Positions 24,351-34,743 of a stretch of 53,190 nucleotides of DNA are shown in pieces. The position numbers and the translations under genes are program-made. The notes under the pieces were generated by a model that worked only from the letters and a program-made list of their open reading frames with translations, did no database searches and was not told where the DNA came from. The DNA comes from Candidatus Saccharimonadales bacterium (GTDB lineage: Bacteria; Patescibacteriota; Saccharimonadia; Saccharimonadales; DATKHC01), in contig DATKHC010000014.1 in the NCBI GenBank assembly GCA_035510465.1, positions 1-53,190 of the forward strand, read 5' to 3'. Numbering within the stretch: position 1 is the stretch's first letter; each line of letters opens with the position of its first letter.

Positions 24351-25847
24351 TTACTGCTTTATTTTACGTCGTCTGGGTATAAATCGCAACCGACTTGCGC
24401 CCGTCGAAGCCAGTAGCGCATTGTCGGCATCATAGAAGAAATCTGGTTGTTCGTACTGATCGTAAGTGACCATCAGAGCCCTAGATTCAATTGCCCGAAG
24501 CGTCTCAAGTGAAACAGTTACGAGAATTAATAAACTAGTACCACCAATAGTAATATTGGCATTTATAAATATCTGCCCAATGATCGGTAACAGCGCCAAC
24601 ATACCCAGACATAGCGCCCCAAACAGAGTTAATCGATTAACGATCTTGCTGAGGAATTTCTCGGTTTGAGCACCTGCTCTAACTCCTTCTAGGAATCCAC
24701 CTTGTTTTTGTAGGTTTTCTGCTATTTCTTTAGCGTTAAAGGTTATACCTGTGTAGAAGAATGTAAATACAAAAACTAACGAGAAGTAGGTTACGGGATA
24801 GATATATGGGACCCAACCACCCTTGGCAAAAGTCGCACCGCTTGGGCTTTGGAACCAAGTAACCAGTTTAGATCCTATGTCTGCCAAATGAGCACTATGT
24901 GATCCGGACAGTATTTGACCCACAAAACTGGGCACACTTAAGAAAGCTACTGCGAAAATAATCGGTATGACCCCAGCTGCGATCAATTTTATCGGTAGAG
25001 TCGTCGTAACCCCACCATAAGTCCGGTTTCCTTGCACACGTTTGGCGTAGTTGATCGTGAGGTTCTTTTTCGCTTCGTTCAGTTTCACAATGAAAACCGT
25101 GATAATTAAGATGACGAGTACCACCAGAACGTAAAAGAGAATCGCCTGTTTTACTATGGGTGTCTTATGCCCAAGAATGATCAATTTGCCAGTGTTTTTA
25201 ACAAGAGCATTGGCAATCGTAGAAATTGCCTGAGGTAGACGGCTAACGATACCCACGGTAATTAAGAGCGAAATACCATTACCGATACTCCTCTCCGTTA
25301 TAAGCTCACCAAGCCACATCAGAAGCATAGAGCCGCCAGTTAGAGCTGCTACCATAACTATCCACTGTATGATTGAAGTGTTAGCGGTAATATTGCCGAC
25401 ATTCCCAAGCTGGGCAGCCGTCTGTTTAACAAGATAAATAGCGCCGATTGACTGAATAATAGCTAGTGGGAAAGTTAGAATTCTAGTGTATTGATTAATC
25501 TTCTTTCGGCCAAATTCACCTTCTTTATTCAATGCTTCGAGTTTAGGAATGGCCCTTGTTAGAAGCTGCATAATAATCGAGGCATTAATATAAGGCCCCA
25601 ATCCAACAAGCATGATTGAGAAGTTCGCTAGCGCCCCTCCGGACAAAACATTTAAGAAACTGACAAGTTGGGGCGTATTTTCAGAGGTTAGTAAAGCGTT
25701 GATTAAAGCTTTTAGGGTGTGGGCGTTAGCAAGTGGTATTGGGACGTAAGTTAGTACCCGGAAAACAAGTAGCATACCCAACACCGCTAAGATGCGCTTA
25801 CGCATCTCCTTGGTCTTAAGTGATTGCCAAATTACTTTCCAGTTCAT
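24351..25847 (-). CDS. secY: Preprotein translocase SecY
   Basis: LGPYINASIIMQLL, IGNGISLLI, GGTSLLILV. Confidence 0.97.
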   Translation of the reverse strand: MNWKVIWQSLKTKEMRKRILAVLGMLLVFRVLTYVPIPLANAHTLKALINALLTSENTPQLVSFLNVLSGGALANFSIMLVGLGPYINASIIMQLLTRAIPKLEALNKEGEFGRKKINQYTRILTFPLAIIQSIGAIYLVKQTAAQLGNVGNITANTSIIQWIVMVAALTGGSMLLMWLGELITERSIGNGISLLITVGIVSRLPQAISTIANALVKNTGKLIILGHKTPIVKQAILFYVLVVLVILIITVFIVKLNEAKKNLTINYAKRVQGNRTYGGVTTTLPIKLIAAGVIPIIFAVAFLSVPSFVGQILSGSHSAHLADIGSKLVTWFQSPSGATFAKGGWVPYIYPVTYFSLVFVFTFFYTGITFNAKEIAENLQKQGGFLEGVRAGAQTEKFLSKIVNRLTLFGALCLGMLALLPIIGQIFINANITIGGTSLLILVTVSLETLRAIESRALMVTYDQYEQPDFFYDADNALLASTGASRLRFIPRRRKIKQ

Positions 25848-25887
25848 TTCTAACCTAAATTTACCCTCTTTGAATGGACTATTCTAG

Positions 25888-26358
25888 TTACTTTGCGCTA
25901 ACAGAATTCTTTGGTCTTGGGATTTGTTCCACTGACCTAAACTCTCCTCCTGCTTTTACGACCATTGCGCTAGCTGATTTTGAAGCACCTTGTAATTCTA
26001 CCTTTACGGCTCTTGTTAGCTCGCCGTTTAGAATTAGTTTGGCTTTAACATACGGACTAGAAACGAGTCCTGCATCATGTAGTGACTGATTATTAACTGA
26101 TTTGTCCTTCAAATCATTAATTTGACCGGTATAAACGACTTCTACTATGGGTTTTTTGGAACTAAAGCCCCTTAGTTTAGGTAAGCGCTGAAGCAGGGGA
26201 TTTTGTCCACCTTCAAATCCAGGTTTCTTACTGCTACCGGTTCTTGATTTCTGTCCTTTAGTACCTCGACCTGCGGTCTTGCCTTGGTTAGCAGAAATAC
26301 CCCTACCTACACGGTTTGGTTTGCGGTGTTTGGTCAGAGTTAGTTCGTTGTATTTCAT
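25888..26358 (-). CDS. rplO: 50S ribosomal protein L15
   Basis: GRGTKGQKSR, GFEGGQNPL. Confidence 0.96.
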   Translation of the reverse strand: MKYNELTLTKHRKPNRVGRGISANQGKTAGRGTKGQKSRTGSSKKPGFEGGQNPLLQRLPKLRGFSSKKPIVEVVYTGQINDLKDKSVNNQSLHDAGLVSSPYVKAKLILNGELTRAVKVELQGASKSASAMVVKAGGEFRSVEQIPRPKNSVSAK

Positions 26359-26996
26359 TTTTTGGCTCCGGTTTTGGTAACTTCGGCTTTTGTTGGTTTT
26401 GCGGTCTTTGCAGCAGCTTTGGACTTCTTAACTTCTTTAACTTCCACAACTTCTTCAACTACTGGCTTATCAGCTTTCGGCGTAACCGTTATGGTCTTGT
26501 CTCTTCTGGTATTCCAGTTTTTGGATGCCTCAATAGATGAAAGCGCTGCGATTGTAGCGTATGCCCCGTTAATTTTATTTGAAGATCCAAGTGACTTAGA
26601 AAGAGCGTTTCTAACACCAGCAACTTCCAAGATTACCCGTACTACGCCTCCTGCTATTAGACCAGTTCCCGAACCAGCAGGTTTAATAAGTATGTTCGAG
26701 CCGCCTACTTTAGCGTGGCTATCATGAGGCAGCGTATCGTTATATAGGTTAACTGTGATCATATTCTTCTTGGCTACTTCAACGGCTTTTTGAACAGCTG
26801 CGCTAACGTCAGAACCTTTGGATACACCTATACCAACTTTGCCTTTGTGGTCGCCAATTGCCACTAAAGCTTGAAAATGGAATCTACGGCCGCCTTTAAC
26901 AACACGAGCAACACGGTTAACATGCACCACCCTCTCGTCAAACTGCTTTTCTTCCATATCTGCTGGATTTCTTGATCTTCGTCTGTTGTCTACCAT
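26355..26996 (-). CDS. rpsE: 30S ribosomal protein S5 with C-terminal K/A/E tail
   Basis: RVARVVKGGRRF, PAGSGTGLIAGG. Confidence 0.97.
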   Translation of the reverse strand: MVDNRRRSRNPADMEEKQFDERVVHVNRVARVVKGGRRFHFQALVAIGDHKGKVGIGVSKGSDVSAAVQKAVEVAKKNMITVNLYNDTLPHDSHAKVGGSNILIKPAGSGTGLIAGGVVRVILEVAGVRNALSKSLGSSNKINGAYATIAALSSIEASKNWNTRRDKTITVTPKADKPVVEEVVEVKEVKKSKAAAKTAKPTKAEVTKTGAKK

Positions 26997-26997
26997 C

Positions 26998-27354
26998 TTA
27001 GAATTCTAAACCTCCTGCTCTCGCAGCTTCAGCTAAAGCCTTAACTCTACCATGATAGAGACGTCCTGATCTATCGAAAACTATTCTTTTAATTTTAGCT
27101 GCCTTTGCTTTTTCTGCTATTTCAGTTCCAATCTTTGTAGCTATTTGGGTCATATTATCAGTACCTGGCTTGGTCTTGAGACTACTTGCTGATAGCAAAG
27201 TCTTTTTCCCTACATCATCAATAATTTGGACAGAAACATTCTTGTTACTTATGTAAATTGTCATTCTGGGTCTCTCGGAAGTTCCGGTAACCCTGCTTCT
27301 GATTCGAGCCTTTCTCAGAGTCTTGTGCTTATAAACTTGGTCTAATCTATTCAT
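26998..27354 (-). CDS. rplR: 50S ribosomal protein L18
   Basis: FDRSGRLYHGRVKALAEAARAGGLEF. Confidence 0.97.
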   Translation of the reverse strand: MNRLDQVYKHKTLRKARIRSRVTGTSERPRMTIYISNKNVSVQIIDDVGKKTLLSASSLKTKPGTDNMTQIATKIGTEIAEKAKAAKIKRIVFDRSGRLYHGRVKALAEAARAGGLEF

Positions 27355-27355
27355 T

Positions 27356-27901
27356 TTAGGCTGCCTTATCCTTACCAGATTTACCGCTCTTACGGATTAT
27401 ATGTTCTCCGACATATTTAATGCCTTTGCCTTTATAAGGCTCTGGTTTCTTTAAAGATCTGATCTCAGCCGCAATTTGGCCAACCTGTTGCTTGCTAATA
27501 CCCTTAATAGTGACGGTATTTTGCTCAATATTAGCTGTAATGCCCTCAGGTACGGAAAAATTGACGTCGTGCGAGAAGCCCAGTGAGAACCTCAAGTTAG
27601 CCCCGTCCATGGCAACTCTGTACCCAACTCCGTTGATTTCAAGTTTTTTTGAAAAACCCCTACTAACACCCTCAACCATGTTATTGACTAGACTTCTCAT
27701 CAGCCCATGATTTGACCTGTAGACTGCTTCGTCAGAGTCCCTTGATATAGTGATAATATTATCTGCTTGAGTAAGCTTGATGCCTGGGAGAAGCGCTTGA
27801 GATAGACTACCCATACTACCCGTAACATTAACAGTTGACCCATCAACTACTACACTCACGCCTGCGGGTACTTCAATTGGTTCTTTGCCTACTCTGCTCA
27901 T
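27356..27901 (-). CDS. rplF: 50S ribosomal protein L6
   Basis: MSRVGK, KPEPYKGKGIKY. Confidence 0.97.
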   Translation of the reverse strand: MSRVGKEPIEVPAGVSVVVDGSTVNVTGSMGSLSQALLPGIKLTQADNIITISRDSDEAVYRSNHGLMRSLVNNMVEGVSRGFSKKLEINGVGYRVAMDGANLRFSLGFSHDVNFSVPEGITANIEQNTVTIKGISKQQVGQIAAEIRSLKKPEPYKGKGIKYVGEHIIRKSGKSGKDKAA

Positions 27902-27912
27902 CTTATTAAATC

Positions 27913-28314
27913 CTAGTAAACCTTACAGATTAACTCTCCGCCAATGCCTTTTTTCTGAGCCTTATCACCGGTCATAAGTCCACTACTTGTCGAGATGATG
28001 ACTAGGCCTCTACCGTTCTTGACCTTAGGAATTTGGTCGGATCGGCTGTACTGTCTGCGTCCAGGTTTAGACATTCGAACGATTTCGGTTATTCTGGGGT
28101 TGGCACTAGCTTCGTTTATCTGAACTTTAAGTAGTTTGTCTATGCCGCTACCGCTGACACTAAAGTTTTCAATTAATCTCTCGTCTTTCAAAACTCTAGC
28201 AATCTGCTCTTTAATTTTAGAGTGGGGCATGACTATATCCGATTTTCTAAGTGCTACGGCGTTTCTTATCCGTGTTAGCATGTCGGCGATGGGGTCTGAT
28301 GTGATTGTGCTCAT
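27913..28314 (-). CDS. rpsH: 30S ribosomal protein S8
   Basis: DPIADMLTRIRNA, GGELICKVY. Confidence 0.97.
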   Translation of the reverse strand: MSTITSDPIADMLTRIRNAVALRKSDIVMPHSKIKEQIARVLKDERLIENFSVSGSGIDKLLKVQINEASANPRITEIVRMSKPGRRQYSRSDQIPKVKNGRGLVIISTSSGLMTGDKAQKKGIGGELICKVY

Positions 28315-28337
28315 ATACTTTTTTCCTTAAGTCTTAG

Positions 28338-28607
28338 CTACCAGCTAGACTTAGTAACTCCCGGTATCTCACCTTTACTAGCATGTTCTCTGAAAGATAT
28401 TCTGGATAGGCCGAATTGACGCATATACGCCCTTGGACGACCCGTCTCACTGCATCTGTTTTTCCAACGGGTTGGACTGGAGTTTCTAGGAAGCAAATGT
28501 AACGCTTCGTGATCACCTTCAGTTTTTAATTGCTCACGCTTAGCGGCATACTTCGTAATCATTTTCTGACGCTTTAAGTCTCTTGCAACTGCTGATTTCT
28601 TAGCCAT
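28338..28607 (-). CDS. rpsN: 30S ribosomal protein S14, 89-aa Zn-free type
   Basis: [21 protein letters not shown]...GLSRISFRE...KSSW; only one Cys. Confidence 0.96.
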   Translation of the reverse strand: MAKKSAVARDLKRQKMITKYAAKREQLKTEGDHEALHLLPRNSSPTRWKNRCSETGRPRAYMRQFGLSRISFREHASKGEIPGVTKSSW

Positions 28608-29200
28608 TATTTATTCTCCTTAACTTTTTCAAAAGGCATTCCAAGCTTCTCAAGTAGAACCTTACTATGCTCAGGTTTTACACTGTCAATAACAAACACT
28701 GCCTGCAACCCATGCGAGGTGGTTGTTTCCTCGAAACTTAACTCCGGGAAAACCGATTGATCAGATAAGCCTATACTGAAATTACCGCTTTTGTCAAAGG
28801 CCTGATTACTGACGCCATGAAAGTCTCTAAGCCTTGGTAGCACAAGACTAATTAGGCGGTCTGTGAATTCATACATTCGATCACCCCTGAGCGTTGCTTT
28901 TAGTCCAATCACATTACCTTCACGTAGCTTAAATGTAGCGATCGATTTCTTGGCTTTGGTTTGAATCGGTTGCTGCCCAGTAACTTTTCTAAGCGTGTTT
29001 GTAGCAGTATCAATAAACCTCTTATCGTCTTTGGCTCTACCAACTCCAATATTTACGATAACTTTTTGCAACTTTGGAACTTCATTGATATTAGATAGAC
29101 CTAGCTCAGACTTAATCTCAGCTCGCAGTTTTTCCTGGTAAAGCTGCTTCAGTCTTGGAAAATCTGAGATTTGCGCAGATGTTTTAGATTTAGTAGCCAT
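28607..29200 (-). CDS. rplE: 50S ribosomal protein L5
   Basis: [20 protein letters not shown]. Confidence 0.97.
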   Translation of the reverse strand: MATKSKTSAQISDFPRLKQLYQEKLRAEIKSELGLSNINEVPKLQKVIVNIGVGRAKDDKRFIDTATNTLRKVTGQQPIQTKAKKSIATFKLREGNVIGLKATLRGDRMYEFTDRLISLVLPRLRDFHGVSNQAFDKSGNFSIGLSDQSVFPELSFEETTTSHGLQAVFVIDSVKPEHSKVLLEKLGMPFEKVKENK

Positions 29201-29526
29201 TATTTTATTTCCTTACCCGAGGCTTGATAGTAGCGCTTCTTCTCGCCACCAGTTACGCTACGGTAGCTAATTCGACTAGCTTTCTTAAGTTCTTTGTCAT
29301 ATATCCCAACTTTAGACACCAAAATAGGTCTAGTCAGCTCAACAATTCCACCCTGGGGATGTTCACGGTTGGGTTTGGTATGTCTTTTGGCCAGATTAAT
29401 GCCCTCGACGGTAACTTTATTAGTTTTAGGGTATGTATTTAAGACTTTGCCAGTTTTACCCTTGTCTTTACCGGCCCTAACTATCACTAGGTCACCTTTC
29501 TTTAATCTGATTTTATATATATCCAT
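29200..29526 (-). CDS. rplX: 50S ribosomal protein L24
   Basis: GDLVIVRAGKDKGKTG. Confidence 0.96.
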   Translation of the reverse strand: MDIYKIRLKKGDLVIVRAGKDKGKTGKVLNTYPKTNKVTVEGINLAKRHTKPNREHPQGGIVELTRPILVSKVGIYDKELKKASRISYRSVTGGEKKRYYQASGKEIK

Positions 29527-29528
29527 CT

Positions 29529-29897
29529 CTATAACACCTCTGGGGCTAAGCTAATTATCTTTGAATACCCAAGTTCACGAAGTTCTCTTGGTACTGGGCC
29601 GAAAATTCTGGTTGCACGAGGTAGTTTGTCATCACCAATTATTACTGCTGCATTATCATCAAACCGGATCGTTGAGCCATCTTTTCGGTTAATAGTTTGT
29701 TTGGTCCGAACTACTACGGCTTTAACAACTGATTTCTTCTTAACGTTACCAGTTGGGCTTGCCTGTTTAACCGAGGCTACGATTATGTCACCTACTCGGG
29801 CATAGCGACGCCTACTTCCACCAAGTACTCGAATGCACAAAATTTGTTTGGCACCTGAGTTGTCTGCTACTGTTAATCGGCTTTCTTGCTGAATCAT
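29529..29897 (-). CDS. rplN: 50S ribosomal protein L14
   Basis: [15 protein letters not shown]. Confidence 0.98.
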   Translation of the reverse strand: MIQQESRLTVADNSGAKQILCIRVLGGSRRRYARVGDIIVASVKQASPTGNVKKKSVVKAVVVRTKQTINRKDGSTIRFDDNAAVIIGDDKLPRATRIFGPVPRELRELGYSKIISLAPEVL

Positions 29898-30181
29898 TCT
29901 TTCGCCTTCTCCAAAACTTGTTCTTCCTCGACATGCTCAACTGGAGCTACTTCTAGGATTTTATCCAACCTAAAACGCTTCTTAGCAGATAGTGGTCTGG
30001 TCTCACTGAATTGAACTCGGTCACCACGGGCAGCTTCATTTTTCTCGTCATGAACTAGATACTTTTTAGAAGAAATGTATTTCTTCTTATAAATAGGGTG
30101 AACTTTATGTGAGTCAACTCTAACAGAGATGGTCTTATGGTTCTTATCCGAGGCTACAAAGCCGACTAGTGTTCTAGCCAT
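29894..30181 (-). CDS. rpsQ: 30S ribosomal protein S17
   Basis: [17 protein letters not shown]. Confidence 0.96.
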   Translation of the reverse strand: MARTLVGFVASDKNHKTISVRVDSHKVHPIYKKKYISSKKYLVHDEKNEAARGDRVQFSETRPLSAKKRFRLDKILEVAPVEHVEEEQVLEKAKE

Positions 30182-30381
30182 TACATCTTCTCCTTAGAGA
30201 TTTTCTCTTCAAGTACGGTCAACATACGGGCTAAATCTTTTCGCTTGTTGCGGAGGATACGGACATTGGTTTGTTCGCCAATTTGAACACGACGCTTAAT
30301 CTCCACGATTTCTTCTCGGAGTTTCGTAGATTCAAGGGTTAGTTCTTGAGTTGTGTATTTTCGAATGTCTGCAATTTTCAT
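30181..30381 (-). CDS. rpmC: 50S ribosomal protein L29
   Basis: RKDLARMLTVL; position between L16 and S17. Confidence 0.92.
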   Translation of the reverse strand: MKIADIRKYTTQELTLESTKLREEIVEIKRRVQIGEQTNVRILRNKRKDLARMLTVLEEKISKEKM

Positions 30382-30382
30382 G

Positions 30383-30796
30383 TTATACCTCCTCCTTTAT
30401 TAAAAATCGTGTCTTAACTGGCAACTTATGTGATGCCAATCGCATTGCTTCGCGAGCTACTTCTTGTGAAACGCCCTGCATTTCAAACATAACGGTACCG
30501 GGTCTGACTTTGGCAGCAAAATACTCAGGATTACCCTTACCGCCGCCCATTTTGACGTCTTGGGGTTTCTTAGTAATTGGAGTGTGAGGAAATACTCTGA
30601 TCCAGACCTTACCACCTCTTTTGATGTACCTAGTCATTGCTTGACGAGCTGCTTCAATCTGACGGGAACTTAACCTTACGCCCTCCAAAGATTGCAATGC
30701 ATATTGACCAAACTCAATAGTGTTTCCAGAGGTTGCTGGGCCGGTTATTCGGCCTTTTCTGACTTTTCTGTATTTGGTTCGGTTAGGTACTAACAT
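30383..30796 (-). CDS. rplP: 50S ribosomal protein L16
   Basis: [16 protein letters not shown]. Confidence 0.97.
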   Translation of the reverse strand: MLVPNRTKYRKVRKGRITGPATSGNTIEFGQYALQSLEGVRLSSRQIEAARQAMTRYIKRGGKVWIRVFPHTPITKKPQDVKMGGGKGNPEYFAAKVRPGTVMFEMQGVSQEVAREAMRLASHKLPVKTRFLIKEEV

Positions 30797-30801
30797 GATC
30801 T

Positions 30802-31434
30802 TTAGGCTCCCTCTCCCTTATAAATCCAGACCTTAACACCAATTAAACCTGCTCCTGGGTATAGGGCAGTCGTAAAATGATAATCAATATCAGCTCGAAT
30901 AGTATGAAGAGGAACGCTACCTTGAACTTCTTTTTCACGGCGGCTCATTTCAGTACCACCAAGTCTCCCGGCTATTTCGATTCGAACACCCTTTGCTCCG
31001 GCACGCATGGTTGCGGCTGAAGATGATTTAATAGCTCGTCTCCACGAAATTCTACGTTCTAACTGATGAGCAATATTCTCTGCTACTAATTTGGCGTACA
31101 GTTCAGGTTTCTTAACTTCTTCGATATTTAATCTAATCGGAGTTGCATAAATCTTCTCAATCTCTTTTTTAAGCTCAGTTGCTCCAGCACCACCTCGACC
31201 AATTACAACTCCCGCTTTAGCAGTAGCAATAGTTATAGCAACCATGTTAGGAGAACGCTCAATATCTACTTTATTAATGGAGGCACGTGAGCCCAGTTTT
31301 TTCTGGATGAGTCTTCTAACAGACAAGTCTTGTGTAAGTTGGGCAGCATAGTCCTTTTTGGGAGAAAACCATCGGCTACGCCAGTCTTTATTGACCTGTA
31401 GTCTCATACTAATTGGATTTACTTTTTGGCCCAT
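30802..31434 (-). CDS. rpsC: 30S ribosomal protein S3
   Basis: [18 protein letters not shown]. Confidence 0.97.
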   Translation of the reverse strand: MGQKVNPISMRLQVNKDWRSRWFSPKKDYAAQLTQDLSVRRLIQKKLGSRASINKVDIERSPNMVAITIATAKAGVVIGRGGAGATELKKEIEKIYATPIRLNIEEVKKPELYAKLVAENIAHQLERRISWRRAIKSSSAATMRAGAKGVRIEIAGRLGGTEMSRREKEVQGSVPLHTIRADIDYHFTTALYPGAGLIGVKVWIYKGEGA

Positions 31435-31436
31435 GA

Positions 31437-31829
31437 TTACTCCTTCTTATCTTCCTTGGCCTCTGCCACTTGCTTAACTTTTGACTTAATCTCTCGCTTT
31501 TCGCCGTCAACTACTACTCTTATGTGCGAACTTCGCTTTAAATACGGAAGCGCTCGCCCACGGGCAGCTGGTTTAAAGCGCTTTAAGCTAGGTCCTGGTG
31601 TAACACTTATTTCTGAAATCGTAAGAGTTTGAGGCTTGTAGTTATGATTAAAATCAGCATTAGCTTTTGCACTATTAATGACTTTAATCAGAACTTTAGC
31701 TGCACGCTTTGGAGTATGTTCAAGTATTACGATAGCGTCTTGAACGGTTCTGCCTCTAACCAGGGCAGCCACAACCCCAACCTTACGGTCAGGCATTCGG
31801 ACACCTTTAGCTGTAGCTATAGCTGGCAT
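31437..31829 (-). CDS. rplV: 50S ribosomal protein L22
   Basis: PAARGRA, RSSHIRV. Confidence 0.96.
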   Translation of the reverse strand: MPAIATAKGVRMPDRKVGVVAALVRGRTVQDAIVILEHTPKRAAKVLIKVINSAKANADFNHNYKPQTLTISEISVTPGPSLKRFKPAARGRALPYLKRSSHIRVVVDGEKREIKSKVKQVAEAKEDKKE

Positions 31830-32104
31830 TAGTTCTTCTCCTTAACGGTTTTGCCACCATGACGTTTAAACTTACGAGTTGGCGAAAATTCACCTAGTTT
31901 ATGGCCAACCATATTTTCCGTTATAAACACTGGTACATGAACCTTGCCATTGTGCACAGCGATGGTTTTTCCAACAAATTCAGGTGGAATAGACGAAGCT
32001 CTGGCCCACGTTTTAACTATCGTTCGATCGTCATTACTCATAGCACCAATCTTCTTGGCTAACTTCGGATCTATGAATGGACCTTTTTTTAGTGAACGAC
32101 TCAT
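31829..32104 (-). CDS. rpsS: 30S ribosomal protein S19
   Basis: [22 protein letters not shown]. Confidence 0.98.
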   Translation of the reverse strand: MSRSLKKGPFIDPKLAKKIGAMSNDDRTIVKTWARASSIPPEFVGKTIAVHNGKVHVPVFITENMVGHKLGEFSPTRKFKRHGGKTVKEKN

Positions 32105-32114
32105 ATTCTATCTC

Positions 32115-32969
32115 CTACCTTCTCTTTGAATCACTACGTTTACGCATAATCAGACGGTTATTCTTCTTTCGGCTCCTGGTCTTGTAGCCAAGTGTCTTCT
32201 GACCCCACGGAGTTCTAGGCGCAGAACCGTGGCTTTTACCACCGCCGATACCATGCTTACCACCGTCTCCACCACCATGCGGGTGATCATAAGCGCCCAT
32301 AACAACACCTCTGACTGAGGGTCTAATACCTTTATTACGGTTTCGGCCAGCTTTACCGATTTTGACATTTTGGTGCTGATTATTCCCAACCGTGCCAACA
32401 GAGGCGAAACACTCTAATAAGAACAATCTAACCTCACCGCTCGGAAGTTTAACCTGACCGTAGCCGTTTTCTTTGGCTACTAGCTGTGCGCTTGTTCCAG
32501 CTGAGCGAACCATTTGAGCACCTTTGCCTGGTTGAATCTCAATAGCGTGTATTTGGCTACCCAGAGGAATACCTTTAAGAGGCAATCTATTACTGTTTGA
32601 AATAGCTACTTCAGCACCTACTAGAATGGTTTTACCAACTCGAGCTCCGTTAGCAGCAAGGATGTAGTGGTACTTACCATCTTGATCTTTAATTCGGGCA
32701 ATTCTGGCACTACGATTTGGGTCATATTCAATGGCCTCTATGGTGGCTTTGGTATCTGGTGCTAGTTTAAAATCTACTAAACGATAAAACTGCTTTTTAC
32801 CACCACCTTTGTGTCTGGTAGTAATCCGACCTTGGTTATTTCGGCCACTCTTCCGGGTTTTAACTACCAAAAGAGACTTAAGCGGCTTTCTGACCGTTAT
32901 CTGGTCAAAGTCTTGGGTTGTCATACCTCTCTGTGCTGGAGTCGTTGGTTTAAGGGCGCGGATAGCCAT
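32115..32969 (-). CDS. rplB: 50S ribosomal protein L2
   Basis: IEYDPNRSA, DHPHGGG. Confidence 0.98.
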   Translation of the reverse strand: MAIRALKPTTPAQRGMTTQDFDQITVRKPLKSLLVVKTRKSGRNNQGRITTRHKGGGKKQFYRLVDFKLAPDTKATIEAIEYDPNRSARIARIKDQDGKYHYILAANGARVGKTILVGAEVAISNSNRLPLKGIPLGSQIHAIEIQPGKGAQMVRSAGTSAQLVAKENGYGQVKLPSGEVRLFLLECFASVGTVGNNQHQNVKIGKAGRNRNKGIRPSVRGVVMGAYDHPHGGGDGGKHGIGGGKSHGSAPRTPWGQKTLGYKTRSRKKNNRLIMRKRSDSKRR

Positions 32970-33322
32970 TACTTAGCCTCCCTTTTAGCCTTAGCTGTCT
33001 TGCCCTTGGCTTTTTCGTCCTCTTCACTGGCAAATATCGGGATAATATCACCTTGTTTGACGCCAACGTAGGCTTTTTTATAGCCTTTCTGGAAGCCTTT
33101 TACGACCCTCCTACCGCCTTTCCTGACTGTTCGCTTAGGTTTACCGGGACTGTGGCTGATGTTAACCTTATTTACAGATACGCTAAATTGGTCCTCAACT
33201 GCTTTTTTAACAGTCAACTTATTAGAACCTGCAGGCACTTTAAATACATAGACGTTGCCGCTTTTACTTAACCCGTAGGCTTTTTCGGAAATTGCTGGTT
33301 GAAGAGTCATAGTTTTACTCAT
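32969..33322 (-). CDS. rplW: 50S ribosomal protein L23 (ATG 33322 overlaps the rplD stop; ORF track start 33340)
   Basis: ISEKAY, YKKAYV. Confidence 0.95.
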   Translation of the reverse strand: MSKTMTLQPAISEKAYGLSKSGNVYVFKVPAGSNKLTVKKAVEDQFSVSVNKVNISHSPGKPKRTVRKGGRRVVKGFQKGYKKAYVGVKQGDIIPIFASEEDEKAKGKTAKAKREAK

Positions 33323-33957
33323 TACTTGTCTCCCAACCAATCTGAGGTTACTTTTAGTGCCTCACGGCTCAGTACAATATGGTCAGCGTTCATAACATCA
33401 AAAACATTCAAGTAATTTGCCTGGATAAGTTTAGAGTTTTGCAAATTAGCGGAGGTTGAAGCCAGTTCAGCCTTAACATCGTCTAGTACCACTAGGGACC
33501 GCTTAGTTGCTCCGATTTTCTGCAGAAACTTGGCCATCTCTTTGGTTTTGTAAGCCTTCAAACTTAGCTCTTCAATTACGATAACCTGATTATCTTTTGC
33601 AGCAGCGGAAAGTGCTTGTCTTAGAGCTTGGCGCTTAGCTTTAACTGGTAATTTGTGTTTGTAGTTTTCTTCGCCTGATGGTCCGAAAGTTATACCGCCA
33701 CCTCTCCAGATTGGACTACGAGTTGATCCGACTCTAGCTCGTCCAGTACCCTTCTGACGCCATGGTTTGCGACCACCTCCACGTACTTCGCCTCTTTTTT
33801 TGGTCTTAGCTATATTGTCTCTACCATTGGCTAGATATGCCTCGTAAGCAGATTTAATAAGCATTGGGGAGATTTCTTCAACTCCAAATACCGCTTTATC
33901 TAGTTTTGCGGGAGTTTGAGCTTTAACACCGGCTTTGGTGAAGGTAGGAACGGCCAT
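33322..33957 (-). CDS. rplD: 50S ribosomal protein L4
   Basis: KPWRQKGTGRAR. Confidence 0.98.
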   Translation of the reverse strand: MAVPTFTKAGVKAQTPAKLDKAVFGVEEISPMLIKSAYEAYLANGRDNIAKTKKRGEVRGGGRKPWRQKGTGRARVGSTRSPIWRGGGITFGPSGEENYKHKLPVKAKRQALRQALSAAAKDNQVIVIEELSLKAYKTKEMAKFLQKIGATKRSLVVLDDVKAELASTSANLQNSKLIQANYLNVFDVMNADHIVLSREALKVTSDWLGDK

Positions 33958-33958
33958 C

Positions 33959-34573
33959 TTATTTAACCCCCTTTATTAGTACAATTGAGCGTTTAGGACC
34001 GGGGATTGCGCCAGCTACGCCAATTAGGCCTTTTTCGTCGTCAACTACCGATATTTTGAGGTTTTTTACCGTAACACGCTCAGCACCCATCTGACCTGAC
34101 ATTTTCTTACCTTTGAATACCTTTTGTGGATACATAGAACCGATAGAACCAGGTCGGCGATAACTTCGGCCACCGTGAGTCTTTCGACCTCTGTGAAAAT
34201 TGTGCCGCTTGATTGTTCCGGCGAAACCCTTTCCTTTTGATGTACCGACAGCGTCAATCAGATCACCAACAGCAAAACTACCGGCGCTTACTTGCTGACC
34301 GGTAGTTTCAATATTGTCTTCACCTTCTGGAATCTTAAACTCTCGCAAGACGCTAACTAGTTTTTCAGCGTTTTTAAGATGTCCAGTTTCGGGTTTTGAT
34401 AACTTCTTCTTTTCAAATGCACCAAGTTGGACTGACAAATAACCATCTTTTTCGATAGTTTTTACTTGGGTTACGGTATTCGGGGCAGCAACAAGATAGG
34501 TAACAGCCTCAACAGCTCCGTTGTCGGAGATGATACTGCTCATGCCAAGTTTTCTTGTAACTAAAGCTTTCAA
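33959..34573 (-). CDS. rplC: 50S ribosomal protein L3 (TTG start)
   Basis: SKGKGFAGTIKR, RRPGSIG. Confidence 0.97.
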   Translation of the reverse strand: MKALVTRKLGMSSIISDNGAVEAVTYLVAAPNTVTQVKTIEKDGYLSVQLGAFEKKKLSKPETGHLKNAEKLVSVLREFKIPEGEDNIETTGQQVSAGSFAVGDLIDAVGTSKGKGFAGTIKRHNFHRGRKTHGGRSYRRPGSIGSMYPQKVFKGKKMSGQMGAERVTVKNLKISVVDDEKGLIGVAGAIPGPKRSIVLIKGVK

Positions 34574-34692
34574 CTTAGTTTTATGCCTTCCTACTTTACG
34601 ACGTACATTAAATAAACCGGCGAGTGGTGGTATCTGTTATTTGGCCAGACCTGCTCAACTACACCAGGTATTTTTTAAGCAAATACTATAAA

Positions 34693-34722
34693 AGATTAGC
34701 ACATTGCTATTCCCCTAGTCAA
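34693..34722 (-). promoter_or_regulatory. Putative internal promoter between rpsJ and rplC (TTGACT-N18-TAATCT, extended TG)
   Basis: 170-bp intergenic gap; the following leader carries an ACCTG/CAGGT hairpin at 34649-34669. Confidence 0.5.
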
Positions 34723-34743
34723 TTGTTGTTTTTATTACTTAGG

